Shown: positions 13,455-24,610 of the stretch, piece by piece
How the letters are laid out: each line of letters starts with the position of its first letter
Numbering within the stretch: the stretch's first letter is position 1
Assembly: GCA_977017645.1 (NCBI GenBank)
Contig: OZ360242.1
Span: 61,814,001-61,878,000 of the forward strand
Direction: 5' to 3'
DNA length: 64,000 nt
From: Torpedo marmorata
Lineage: Eukaryota
The notes under the pieces: generated by a model
Told to the model about the DNA's origin: nothing
What the model saw: only the letters and a program-made list of their open reading frames with translations
The model's database searches: none
Program-made: the position numbers and the translations under genes

Positions 13455-13920
13455 TTGAAATATCAGATCAGATACTATTTATTATCATGTAATAAAACAG
13501 AAATGTAATATTACACAAAATTGCCTTTAGTCTGCCATAAGACAAAGATTTGCCATTAGCATTAGCATTGCCCGATGCCCCTTAAAGTCAGAGAAAGAGA
13601 AGCAAACTAGAGGCCCTCCAGAGTTACTGAGTGTCTGTGGATTCGCCTCCAGTGCTCCCGCAGCCTCTGCAGCTGCGCAAGACTCTAGTTCAGTTCAAAC
13701 CATCGGCAACCCGAGTCCATATCCAAACCTCCGACACGATGAGGAAACCTTCATTGCCCAGGGCCCTTCGGGACCCTCCTTGCCCTCAGCATCCTCTCGA
13801 ATCCCGGTTCCGATACCTGGTTCTCATCAGCCAGTCCCCAGCAGCCCGCAGCCTGTATGGGTTCCTCGCCCACAAGTCGCCAACAGCTCACCATCTGTGT
13901 GTGTCCTTCAGCCGCAGAAT
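13455..13920 (-). mobile_element. non-coding retroposon with GC-rich body and Rex1-like 3' tail
   Basis: The minus strand ends ATGATAATAAATAGTATCTGATCTGAT. The tail resembles that of the 5S-SINE at 30989-31118. Confidence 0.5.
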
Positions 13921-14900
13921 GTAGCTAAGAATGCATTACATTTGTGAAAATCTACAGTCAAGTCAAAAATCTTAAGAAAAAAATATTGCCAAAATAAAAA
14001 TGCAAAATGCTGCAAATTATCGTCAGTGTGAAATGGACTTACCAAGTAATTCAGTTCAAGGTGAAATTAGGATACGTCATTCTGCCAATGGTGTTCACAT
14101 TTGACATTTCAATTAAAAGCAATTTAATTGGCTCTGTTTCGGCAAACAAAGAAACAACTTTTGGATGTGGAGGATGTCCAAATGAGGAAGGCAGTTTTCA
14201 TTGCTCCTCTGGGTTGGAATTCGGGTCATTATCAAAGCCTCTCTCATTTTGGAAGCAGATTTCATGTGGCTAACCTGGGAACTCCTGAATAGTCTGAACT
14301 TTCTTCATCAACTCAATCCAAACCAAGAGATGTCAAAGGACCCAAACACAATCTTATGCAATGAGTGGCGAATGTTCTATGCATATTTAATATATTGACG
14401 CGTGAAATTAACCATGGATCCTAAAAGAGACCACTATCAAGTAAAAAAACTCTTACATTGGAAACTATTACATTGAGGCTTGACCTTCAGTAGTCCAGCA
14501 ACACGTTTGTTGAACTGCCCAAAAATTCTGAGAGTCACACCGAAGGAGTATTAACATGGCCTGATCACAAAAAGAGTAGAATTCACTTCACTTATGTGGG
14601 GAAATACTTCACAGAAACTGAAAACAAATAATGATTTTAGACATGATAGGCGGGAAATTGGTACTTAATAGGGGGATCGAGACTCAGCCACTGACACACT
14701 CCCCTCCTGATACAGATTCATTCAGTTAATGGAATCACATGTTTTCTGGTGGGTCAAGTCACTGAGGCTCCAGCACCAAGTTAGATGTAGAGGCTAAAAA
14801 CAAGCTTTTTCTCCTGATGTGGCTCTGGATTAAGATTAAATCACTTTATTACCTCATTATAGATGGTATGTAATTTATTTCTCTCAGCGTCCTTTTTAAA

Positions 14901-15621
14901 AACCTGAAGAAGTCTCTGACAAACTACCACCAACACATCACATGCGAGACCAGGGGAACCAACACACTCGAACACTGCTACACCACCGTGAAGAACGCAT
15001 ACCGAGCCATACCATGACAGTACTTTGGCAAGTCTGGTCACCTGGCTGTACTTCTACTCCCGGCGTACAAGCAGAGACTGAAGACCACAGCACCAGTGGT
15101 GACGACGGCAAAAGTATGGTCGAGGGGGGCGGAGGAGCGTCTGCAGGACTGCTTTGAATTGGTGGACTGGAACATATTCAAGAACTCATCCATAGACCTG
15201 AATGAATACGCAACAGGTGTCACCGACTTCATCAAGACCTGCGTGGACGAGTGTGTGCCCACGCGTGTTCCCCAACCAGAAGCCCTGGATGAATCAGAGA
15301 ATTCGCAACCTGCTGAGGACGAGAACAAGGGCGTTTAAGGCCGGGGATCGGGATCTTTACAAGAAGTCCAGGCACGACCTGCGGAAGGCCATCTCTGAAA
15401 CAAAGTGGCAATTCCGGAGGAAACTAGAGACAGAGACAGATACACGCCAGCTATGGCAGGGAGTGCAGGCCATTACAGCCTACAAAGCGAGGGCGAACAC
15501 TATAGACTGCTGTGATGCTTCACTACCCGATGAACTGAACACCTTCTATGCCTGCTTTGAGAAGAAGAACCAAGCAATGCCTACTAGAATCCCTAAAAAG
15601 GCTGAGGACCCTGTGATATCT
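14901..15621 (+). mobile_element. Rex1/Babar LINE, 5' half of a copy interrupted by an antisense Rex1
   Basis: Near-identical to 10891-11618. It stops at CCTGTGATATCT and resumes at 17259. Confidence 0.95.
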
Positions 15622-17258
15622 CAGAATCAGAATTTATTGTCATGAACAAATCATGAAATTCGGTGTTTTGCGGCAGCATCATAGTGCAATTAACATTCAT
15701 ATTAACCATCTGATGACATTACTATAAAAATTATAAACAATAGTGCACGAAAAGTAAGGCAGTGTCTTTGGTTCATTGATTATTCAGGAATCTGATGGCA
15801 GCGGGGAAGAAGCTGTCCTTGTGCCGTTGAGTGCTCGTCTTTAGGCTCCTGTACCTTTTTCCCGATGGAAGCAGAGTGAAGAGGGCATGGCCTGGGTGGT
15901 GGGGGTCTTTGAGGATAGAGGCTGCTTTTTTAAGACACCGCCTCATGTAGATGTCCTCGATGGAGTGAAGTTTGGTGCCTGTGATGTCACAGGCCGAGTT
16001 AACAACCTTCTGGAGTTTTCTCTTGTCCTGGGAGTTGGCGCCTCCATACCAGGCAGTGATGCAACCAGCCAGAATGCTCTCCACGGTACACCTGTAGAAG
16101 TTTATGAGAGTCTTTGGTAACATAACGAATCTCCGCAGACACCTCACAAAGTAAAGCCGCTGACGAGCCTTCTTTGTGATCGCATCAACGTGGATGCTCC
16201 AGGACAGATCCTCGGAGATGTTGACACCCAGGAATTTGAAGTTCTTGACCCTCTCCACGACTGAGCCCTCAATGAGGACTGGGTCGTGTTCCCCTGACTT
16301 CCTCCTGAAGTCCACAATCATCTCCTTGGTTTTGCTGACGTTGAGCTCAAGGTTGTTGCCATTACACCATTCAACGAGCTGATTTATCTCCCTCCTGTAC
16401 GCTTCCTCATTGCCGTTTGTGATTATGCCGACAACTGTGGTGTCATCGGCAAACTTGTAGATGGCATTGGAATTGTGCCTGGCCACACAGTCATGGGTGT
16501 ATAACGAGTAGAGCAGTGGACTAAGCACGCATCCTTGGGGTGCGCCTGTGTTGATAATCAGTGAGGAGGAGACGTTGTTTCCAATTCGTACTGACTGTGG
16601 TCTTCCGATGAGAAAGTCAAGGATCCAGTTGCAGAGTGGGGTACAGAGGCCTAGAGTTTGTAGCTTCTTGACCAGCACTGAGGGAATAATGGTATTGAAG
16701 GCCGAGCTGTAGTCGATGAAGAGCAACCGTATGTATGAATTGCTGTTTTCGAGGTGATCCAGAGCTGAGTGGAGAGCCAGCGATATTGCATCTGCTGTGC
16801 AGCGATTGCTAAGGTATGTGTTAATTCTGGCCATGACCAGCCTCTCAAAGCATTTCATCACAGTAGAAGTTAGTGCTACTGGGCGGTAGTCGTTGACGTA
16901 GCCCACTCTACTCTTCTTGGATACCGGGATGATTGATGCCCTTTTGAAGCAGGTGGGAACCTCTGACTGCCGCAATGAGAGGTTGAAAATGTCCGTGAAC
17001 ACTCCGGCTAGTTGGTTGGCGCAGATTTTCAATACCCTGCCAGACACGCCGTCAGGGCCTGTCGCCTTGCGAGGGTTCACCCTCTTGAATGATGTTCTGA
17101 CGTCGCCCTCAGAGACAGATATCACAGGGTCCTCAGCCTTTTCAGGGATTCTAGTAGGCACTGTTTTGTTCTTCTTCTCAAAACGGGCATAGAAGGTGTT
17201 CAGCTCATCGGGTAGTGAAGCATCACAGCCGTCTATAGTGTTCGCCCTCGCTTTGTAG
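15622..17258 (-). mobile_element. 5'-truncated Rex1/Babar LINE nested antisense in another Rex1
   Basis: Open RT frame ([20 protein letters not shown], ...AIRFLNNQ). The 3' tail (TTCTGA)n is at 15622. A 30-bp deletion removes the [10 protein letters not shown] region. Confidence 0.95.
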
Positions 17259-18786
17259 GTCTCTGAGGGCGACGTCAGAACATCATTCAAGAGGGTGAAC
17301 CCGCGCAAGCTGTCAGGCCCTGACGGCGTACCTGGCAGGGTTCTGAAAATCTGCATCAACCAACTAGCCAGAGTGTTCACGGACATTTTCAGCCTCTCAT
17401 TGCGGCAGTCAGAGGTTCCCACCTGCTTCAAAAAGGCATCAATCATCCCGGTACCCAAGAAGAGTAGTGTGAGCTGCCTCAACGACTACCGCCCAGTAGT
17501 ACTAACCTCTACTGTGATGAAATGCTTTGAGAGGCTAGTCATGGCCAGAATTAACACATACCTAAGCAAAGATCTGGATCCACTGCAATTCGCCTATTGT
17601 CACAATCGCTCCACAGCAGATGCAATATCGCTGGCTCTCCACTCAGCTCTGGATCACCTCGAAAACAGCAATTCATACATACGGCTGCTCTTCATCGACT
17701 ACAGCTCGGCCTTCAATACCATTATTCCCTCAGTGCTGGTCAAGAAGCTACAAACTCTAGGCCTCTGTACCCCCCTCTGCAACTGGATCCTTGACTTTCT
17801 CATCGGAAGACCACAGTCAGTACGAATTGGAAACAACGTCTCCTCCTCACTGATTATCAACACAGGCGCACCCCAAGGATGCGTGCTTAGTCCACTGTTC
17901 TACTCATTATACACCCATGACTGTGTGGCCAGGCACAATTCCAATGCCATCTACAAGTTTGCCGATGACACCACAGTTGTCGGCAGAATCACAAACGGCA
18001 ATGAGGAAGCGTACAGGAGGGAGATAGATCAACTCGTTGAATGGTGTAATGGCAACAACCTTGAGCTCAACGTCAGCAAAACCAAGGAGATGATTGTGGA
18101 CTTCAGGAGGAAGTCAGGGGAACACGACCCAGTCCTCATTGAGGGCTCAGTAGTGGAGAGGGTCAAGAACTTCAAATTCCTGGGTGTCAACATCTTCGAG
18201 GATCTGTCCTGGAGCCTCCACGTTGATGCAATCACAAAGAAGGCTCGCCAGCAGCTATACTTTGTGAGGTGTCTGAGGAGATTCCGTATGTCACCGAAGA
18301 CTCTCGTAAACTTCTACAGGTGTACCGTGGAGAGGATTCTGGCTGGTTGCATCACTGCCTGGTATGGAGGCGCCAACTCTCAGGGCAAGAATAAACTCCA
18401 GAGGGTTGTTAACTCGGCCTGTAACATCACAGGCACCAGACCACTCCATCGAGGACATCTACATGAGGCGGTATCTTAAAAAAGCAGCCTCTGTCCTCAA
18501 AGACCCCTACCACCCAGGCCATGCCCTCTTCACTCTGCTACCATCGGGAAAAAGGTACAGGAGCCTAAAGACAAGCACTCAATGGCACAAGGACAGCTTC
18601 TTCCCCGCTGCCATCAGATTCCTGAATAATCAATGAACCAAAGACACTGCCTTACTTTTCGTGTACTATTATTTATATATTTTTTATAGTAATGTCGTAA
18701 GATGTTTATAATATGAATGTTTGCACTATGATGCTGCCGCAAAACACCGAATTTCATGACTTGTTCATGACAATAAATTCTGATTG
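17259..18786 (+). mobile_element. Rex1/Babar LINE, 3' half of the interrupted copy
   Basis: Resumes GTCTCTGAGGGCGACG. ORFs 17295-18479 and 18364-18636; tail ATGACAATAAATTCTGATT. Confidence 0.95.
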
Positions 18787-19079
18787 TGAAAAACAAGCAA
18801 AAACAGTGGCTCCGAAATAATGTTGACCTGTGCCTCAGCTTCAGTCTGGGAGCAATAACATGTTCAGTTATAGCATGTGTGACTATGAACCACTTTAATA
18901 TTTCCTTTTATTAGTTTTCATATGTTAACATTCACAAATAATAATTTACAGATTTATCAAAGCTAACATTCAGTAGAGAATGCTTGGATGGAGATGAATG
19001 AGATGCATTGTTTTAAATGTAATGTTTTTGAGGCATTCATGACATGTACAAAATCTGCTGAAATCATGAGCAAGTAATG

Positions 19080-19183
19080 AGATGCTGGAGGAACTCAGTG
19101 GATCATGCAGCATCCATGGGTAGAAATGATCAGATAAAGGATCCTGACTCGAAATATTGACTGACCATTTCTACCCATGGATC
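19080..19183. mobile_element. Penelope-derived inverted pLTR remnant (hairpin)
   Basis: Head ATGCTGGAGGAACTCAG as at 32475 and 41680. ATCCATGGGTAGAAATGATCAG pairs with CTGACCATTTCTACCCATGGAT. Confidence 0.6.
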
Positions 19184-19184
19184 G

Positions 19185-19244
19185 ATGCGTGCGTGTGCAT
19201 GTGTGTGCGTGCATGTGTGTGTATTTCTGTGTGTGTGTGTGTGT
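19185..19244. repeat. imperfect (TG)n microsatellite
   Basis: TGCGTGCGTGTGCATGTGTGTGCG...GTGTGTGTGTGTGTA. Confidence 0.9.
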
Positions 19245-20424
19245 AAAATGCATGCGACATCAATAATGCTGAATATAGTGCTGTTGCTTTTATACTTGTC
19301 AGGTTATCCTGGATTTATTGCAACATTATCAGGCTTGAAGAGGTTAAATCCAGATTGGCTCAATGAAATTATGATATTGTGAAAATTGTTCACAGTCTTT
19401 TGTTTATGATAAGATCTGTTCAAAAGCACAAGCATAAAAAGAAATTAATTCAACCAAGTGAGGCTCACTAAACATCCCTGAGAAACAGAGTAGGTTTTAA
19501 TTATTGCATGGAACTGGCACTCTTGGGTTTGGAACTGGAGAGTATTGCTCAAATACAACCCATTAAATCTATCTGATGAAAATGGTTGTGCAAAGTGTAG
19601 GATTGGTTCAGCATCGTAATTATGCTGACATGGTGTGAATGTAACAGCTCTTGTCTCTGCAGGTTTCCACTTCTTATTAATTCTTTGCAGAAATCCATTC
19701 TGTTTTCGCTCTTGAGCTCAGGTCTGAAAGTCTATCCTTCCATTCTGTGGGGATTTGGTAGCTTCACACCACAGCAGGTCCAACACATCCCATTCAGCTG
19801 TTGTGTTTCAGAACACAAACGGGTCCAGTCTTTGAGAACTTGGCGCTGAAGCCCACGACCATGTCTTCAGAACAGGGAGCCAAATTCAGCTGTACAAATG
19901 TGGGCAGCTAGTTCTCCAATCAAAGCTCTCTGTGGGTCTCCATTAATATTGCCAACTTTGTTGGGGGCATTCTTGGAACGATTCTCAGGTGCCTCGTCTG
20001 CCTCCCACTGCCTCACCCACACGGCATAAACATTGGTCATCTGATAGGTTCATCTATGTGTTGTTCCAACTTCCCGTGCGAATTAAAACATGATCCAACC
20101 CTTAGTTACCCGATGGAATGAACCTTGGCTGCTAAATCAAACAGACTTTTTCACCATCTGCCCAATATTTTTAAAAGTACTACATAAAATGTGGGCATAT
20201 TTTCATGTGTTCTCATTGTGTGAATTGTACAGGTATATATATATTCCAGGCATAAGCCATATTTGGCCAATTTTACCATTCATTGGGTCAACAGCACCAT
20301 ACTCAGCATTTGGTTCATACGCCAATCAACGGGGTGGGGGTTGGGGTGGAATCCTGTTTCGAAACAGGTTTCCTTTCTGCTGCTTTGGCACTCAATTTGA
20401 CAACTGCACTAATTCTCTTTGCAG

Positions 20425-20528
20425 GTGGCGACCGCAGCAATCCAGGAAGTACAGGAAGTGTAGCCAGCGCTCGGAGTTCTGGGAGTGGCCAAAGTGCAGG
20501 CACCACCTCGGCTTCTGAAGGGAATAAG
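20425..20528 (+). CDS. CASKIN1: CASKIN1 coding exon (GDRS linker)
   Basis: actaattctctttgcag|GT...AAG|gtattg, 104 nt, phase 1-0. Encodes (G)GDRSNPGSTGSVASARSSGSGQSAGTTSASEGNK, matching Caskin GGDRS..GSG..SEG.K. Confidence 0.92.
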
Positions 20529-21897
20529 GTATTGCGCAAAAAGCACCAGTACTGTTGCCTTGGCGGGCAAACCCTGACACCGCAGGGAGGATCAGACTGT
20601 ACAGAGCTAGAGTTAAAATGGCTTTTCTTATGCTGTTCTCTCAGAATGTGATGCATGGGTCAGTGAGTCAGGCTGTATTCCAGATGGCCACGGAAGTCCT
20701 TGGAAATGGGGAGGACGGATAAGCCTTCAAACAATGTGCATAATGAAGGATAATTCTCTCTTCTCTCTCTTTTTTGTCTCTCCTAATTGGTCACACTGTT
20801 TTGTTTACTGGCGGTCAGCATCATGAGCCTGAGCAGAAGATGGTGGTGAGGTCACCCAGTTTTTACTTGGCACATCCTTATGAGCAGCTTAGCTTGGATA
20901 AGGAGAGCTCGGGAATGTGGGAATTCAGATTATAAAGTAGCAGGAGAAACTTGAGTTGTCAACAGCACAGGGTGGAAATCCTAAGCAATATACTCTGGCA
21001 CTCTTACTCTTAAAGGACAATTGTTAGAACTTGATGGGTAAATGTCCTTAATTTAAAAAGCTGATGTTCTGTCATCGATACATGTTTCCTTCACACTTTC
21101 AAGACATCAATTGCACCTTCATTAGCCAATTAAAAAGGGAATCATTGTTTGCCACAAATAACTAATTGAAACTTTTGATTTATTTTGCAAAAGAATCATG
21201 AACATTATGATCGCAAGATGACCTCATTCTGTATTTATGCTCCTCCTACCACATGGTCTTAAATGCTTGAGGTTTTCACATGTAAAAATTAAGGTATTGC
21301 TTCTCCGAAGTGAGTGCATTTTTAACATGAATGCACAAATTGTTTAAAAGCCAAAGTAAGTCAAACTATTTGCATTATCACAGTCAGTTAAGGACAACTG
21401 TGATTGACAGATTTTATCTAGAATATACACATTCCTTGGCAATTTGTACATTTTCCACAGTTTAATTTGATGAAACCTACAAAATTCCCACTGTTAAGGA
21501 AAGTGTTGGCTAATCGCCAGATTTTTATGATGTCTTAATCCCCACCTGCAGTCAAAACAGAAACATGCAGAATGGTAGGAATTTGCATCAAGAAACTCAA
21601 AGCTTAAAATAAACAGGATCCCAGGTTGAATGGAGACGCAAGAGACTTCAGGTGCAGGAAACTGCAAGAACTGGCGAAACAAAACTCTGCTGAGGAATTT
21701 AACTTAAGAATACTATTTTTATTCCATTTCAGTATTCCTGTTGAAGCTGCTCACAAAGCAGGAATCTTAAAACATATGCCCTTATCAAAGCAGTGATTCA
21801 GAATGTTCAATTTGGGAGCAGCATCCACACAATCTGTCAAACATTATCAACCTGATCTTGTGGGTCACCTCAGAGCAAGTATTAAATGTTTAATTTT

Positions 21898-22058
21898 TTT
21901 AAAATTTAGACATACAGCACGGTAACAGGCCCTTCTGGCCCAATAGCTCGTGCCACCCAATTACACCAATTAACCTACAAAACCCATACGTTTTGAACGG
22001 TGGGAGGAAACCAGAACACTCAGAGGAAACCCAAGCAGACACGGGGAGAATGTTCAAA
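21898..22058 (-). mobile_element. HE1-like V-SINE, 5' truncated
   Basis: Reverse complement of the V domain (GTGGGAGGAAACC..GGAAACCC..ACGGGGAGAA) plus the tail TTTAGACATACAGCACGGTAACAGGCCC. Confidence 0.85.
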
Positions 22059-23324
22059 GCATTATAACTTACAAGATTTCAACTTATTTTCTTTCAAATT
22101 ATATGCTTAAAAATGGGATTGTGAGAAACAAACTAACCAGTTCATTGATGTCTAGGGATGTAAGCCTGTTCCCCTACCCAGTCTAGCTTAATGTATGACT
22201 CCAATCCCCGATCTCTGTGGTTGATTCTTGATAGCTATCTGAAGCGGCCGTGTAAATTGTAATCAAGTGCCCATTCAGGGGGGGCAGCTCACCACCACCT
22301 TCACAGGGGCTGATGCATAGGTCTTAAAAAGGGAAGAGTTTAGAAGGAGTGACACTGGGGAATGAAGTGAATGTAATGGGAAAGAGGCAACAAAGAAACA
22401 AAGTTAATTAACAAACACCAGAACTTAAGTGATCACATTTCTTATTGGGAAAAATCAGTGAGGTATCACTTTATAGCCAGTCCAGGTAGCATTTATAGAA
22501 TTATAGATTTGCTATAAGCTATATTTGCTATATTGTGCCACACATCTCATCAACCTTGTGCTATCTCTCTCCTGGAATATGCAGCCAGTTCCATTGCCCA
22601 GCTCTTTCCTAGCAGCCCTGGTCTTTTTTCTCCCTTGAGGATCTATGCCCAATTCTCTTTTGAAAGTACTACCATTATCATTTCAGACAGTGGAAGTGAA
22701 TTAATAGAGTGGACCGGGGAATGAGAACCATCAGTTATGTGGGTGGATTGCAAAATTGGGATTGCTTTGCTGAGATCAGAGAAAGCTTGAAGTTAATTTG
22801 AAACATGTATTAAAAAAAAATCAAGGGTGGAGATAAGGTGACTGCACAGAATATCCATGGAAGAAATGAGGACCACAGGACACAGGTATAAGGTGATTGA
22901 TAAAACAAAAAAACCAGGGGGAAACAATGAGGAGAAACATTTTTATGCAGGGAACTAGAATCCATTACCTGAACAGATGGTGGAATCAGATTGAAAATCA
23001 CTTTCAGAGGGAATTGGGGTAGGTATTTGGAGGGGGGGGGGAGAAAGCAGCTTGGCTGTGGGTAAAGAGCAAGGGAAAGGGACAGTAAGTTGCTCTTGTA
23101 GAGAGTCAACAGGATAAATGGTCAAAATGGCTTCCTCCTATGCAGAATCCGATCAACGTTATTCAGTGTGCCTGAGCTTAGTCTTGAGAAAGTGTCTTGG
23201 GATAGCAACTTTGCTGGAGGTGGCAACATTGAATACAAAATGTGTTTATCTATTCCAAATGACTCATGCTACTACGCAGGAGATTATTGCACATGACCAA
23301 AGGCAGAAAGATTTTGACCCAGGC

Positions 23325-23784
23325 CAGTGGTTCTCAACCTTTTTTTTCCACTCATATACCACCTTAAGTAATCCCTTAATAACCACAGAACACCTATGGC
23401 ATAGGGTTAAATTTAAATTTAAATTATTTTTTAAAAATTTAGACATGCAGCACGGTAACATTCCATTTCGGCCCACGAGCCCGTGCCACCCAATTACACC
23501 CAATTAACCTACAACCCCCGGTACGTTTCGAACAGTGGGAGGAAACCGGAGCCCCCGGAGGAAGCCCACGCAGACACAGGGAGAACGTATAAACTTCTTA
23601 CAGACGGCGCGGGATTCGAACTCCGGTCCCGATCGTTGGAGCTGTAACAGCGTTGCGCTAACCACTACGATAAACGTGCTGCCCTCTATGCAAACTGTGC
23701 TGCCTTCTACGCTAACCATTCTGTGTTTAGTAAGAGAGTACTTAAGGTGGTATGTGAGTGGAAAAAAAAGGTTGAGAACCACTG
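23325..23784. mobile_element. same hAT MITE family as 9336, containing a SINE insertion
   Basis: TIRs CAGTGGTTCTCAACC / GGTTGAGAACCACTG; TSD ACCCAGGC / ACCTAGGC (7 of 8 match). Confidence 0.9.
23408..23684 (-). mobile_element. HE1-like tRNA-derived V-SINE, full length, nested in the MITE
   Basis: Minus-strand A box, B box (GTTCGAATCC), V domain, CR1-like tail and (AAATTT)n end. Confidence 0.9.
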
Positions 23785-24339
23785 ACCTAGGCAATCTACT
23801 TGTAGAACCATCCAAAATAGGGATCCAAATACAAAGCAGCCAGCTGCTCAGGAGGCCACTGTAGAATCGGACTTGCAGCTCAAATTGAAGGTCAGGTCAG
23901 ACGATCACGCTAAACTTCAATGCATGAAAGTTATGAGTATGAGGAAGAAACGTGTCGTTCGCGTGTGGCAAAATGAATATCAGGGGAATCCAATTTCAAG
24001 ACTCAGCTTCCAGTCAAAGACAGATACATCAAGATAGAGGTCGGCACTGCCATGCACTGCTATATTATGAGCCAGAATGCTGATTTACAAATTTCAGTAG
24101 TACACCTCAAGGAAATGAATAGTCCAACTGAAGACATATTCTGCAAATACTAGGACAAATTGAATGTTTGGAGAGATATAACAGCCTATCTGTGACAGTG
24201 CCTATTGCAACAAAATATTGACATGGAAGGGTTATCAACGGCAACTTAGTTTAATTGAGAAAACAAATTCACCTCAGAGAGGGCAAGGTCATGTCTAATC
24301 ACTCTGGAAAGTGAGTATGAAGACATGTTTGATGTGAAA

Positions 24340-24610
24340 TCTTTTTGTGTCAACTCACAGTTGGTTCCCGATGTGTTGAAAGCTCAAGTTGAATAGAAAT
24401 TAAATAAATTAGAAAAGCATGTAGTTTGGTGAGGACAGATCACAATGACTGGGCCATGCCAATTGTAGTAGCTCCAAAAGCAGATAAGACTGAGACTGTG
24501 ACAACTACAATATCACAACAGGACATGGGAAACAATCCTACCAATGACACAAGACCTTGTGTTGAGTTGACTGGAGGGAAAGTATTCAAATTTTAATTTG
24601 TCTCATGTGG
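24340..24610 (+). mobile_element. ancient Gypsy/Ty3 pol (RT) remnant
   Basis: Manual translation across stops and frameshifts gives LKAQVE*KLNKLEKH..HNDWAMPIVVAPKADKT..LTGGKVF..LSH, resembling Gypsy RT (EL..LE..SEWA.PIV.V.K..L.GG..FSKLDL). Confidence 0.65.

Noticed and set aside
15773-17482. 569-aa ORF, the longest in the track, as a novel RT fusion gene
   Set aside because: It is a chimera. The first ~75 aa are the antisense reading of the neighbouring + Rex1 arm running across the insertion junction at 17258 into a truncated Rex1 RT.
19303-19342. possible exon after the acceptor tatacttgtcag (a similar acceptor is at 19663)
   Set aside because: Donors are weak, the length does not preserve frame or a stop occurs, and there is no supporting motif cluster.
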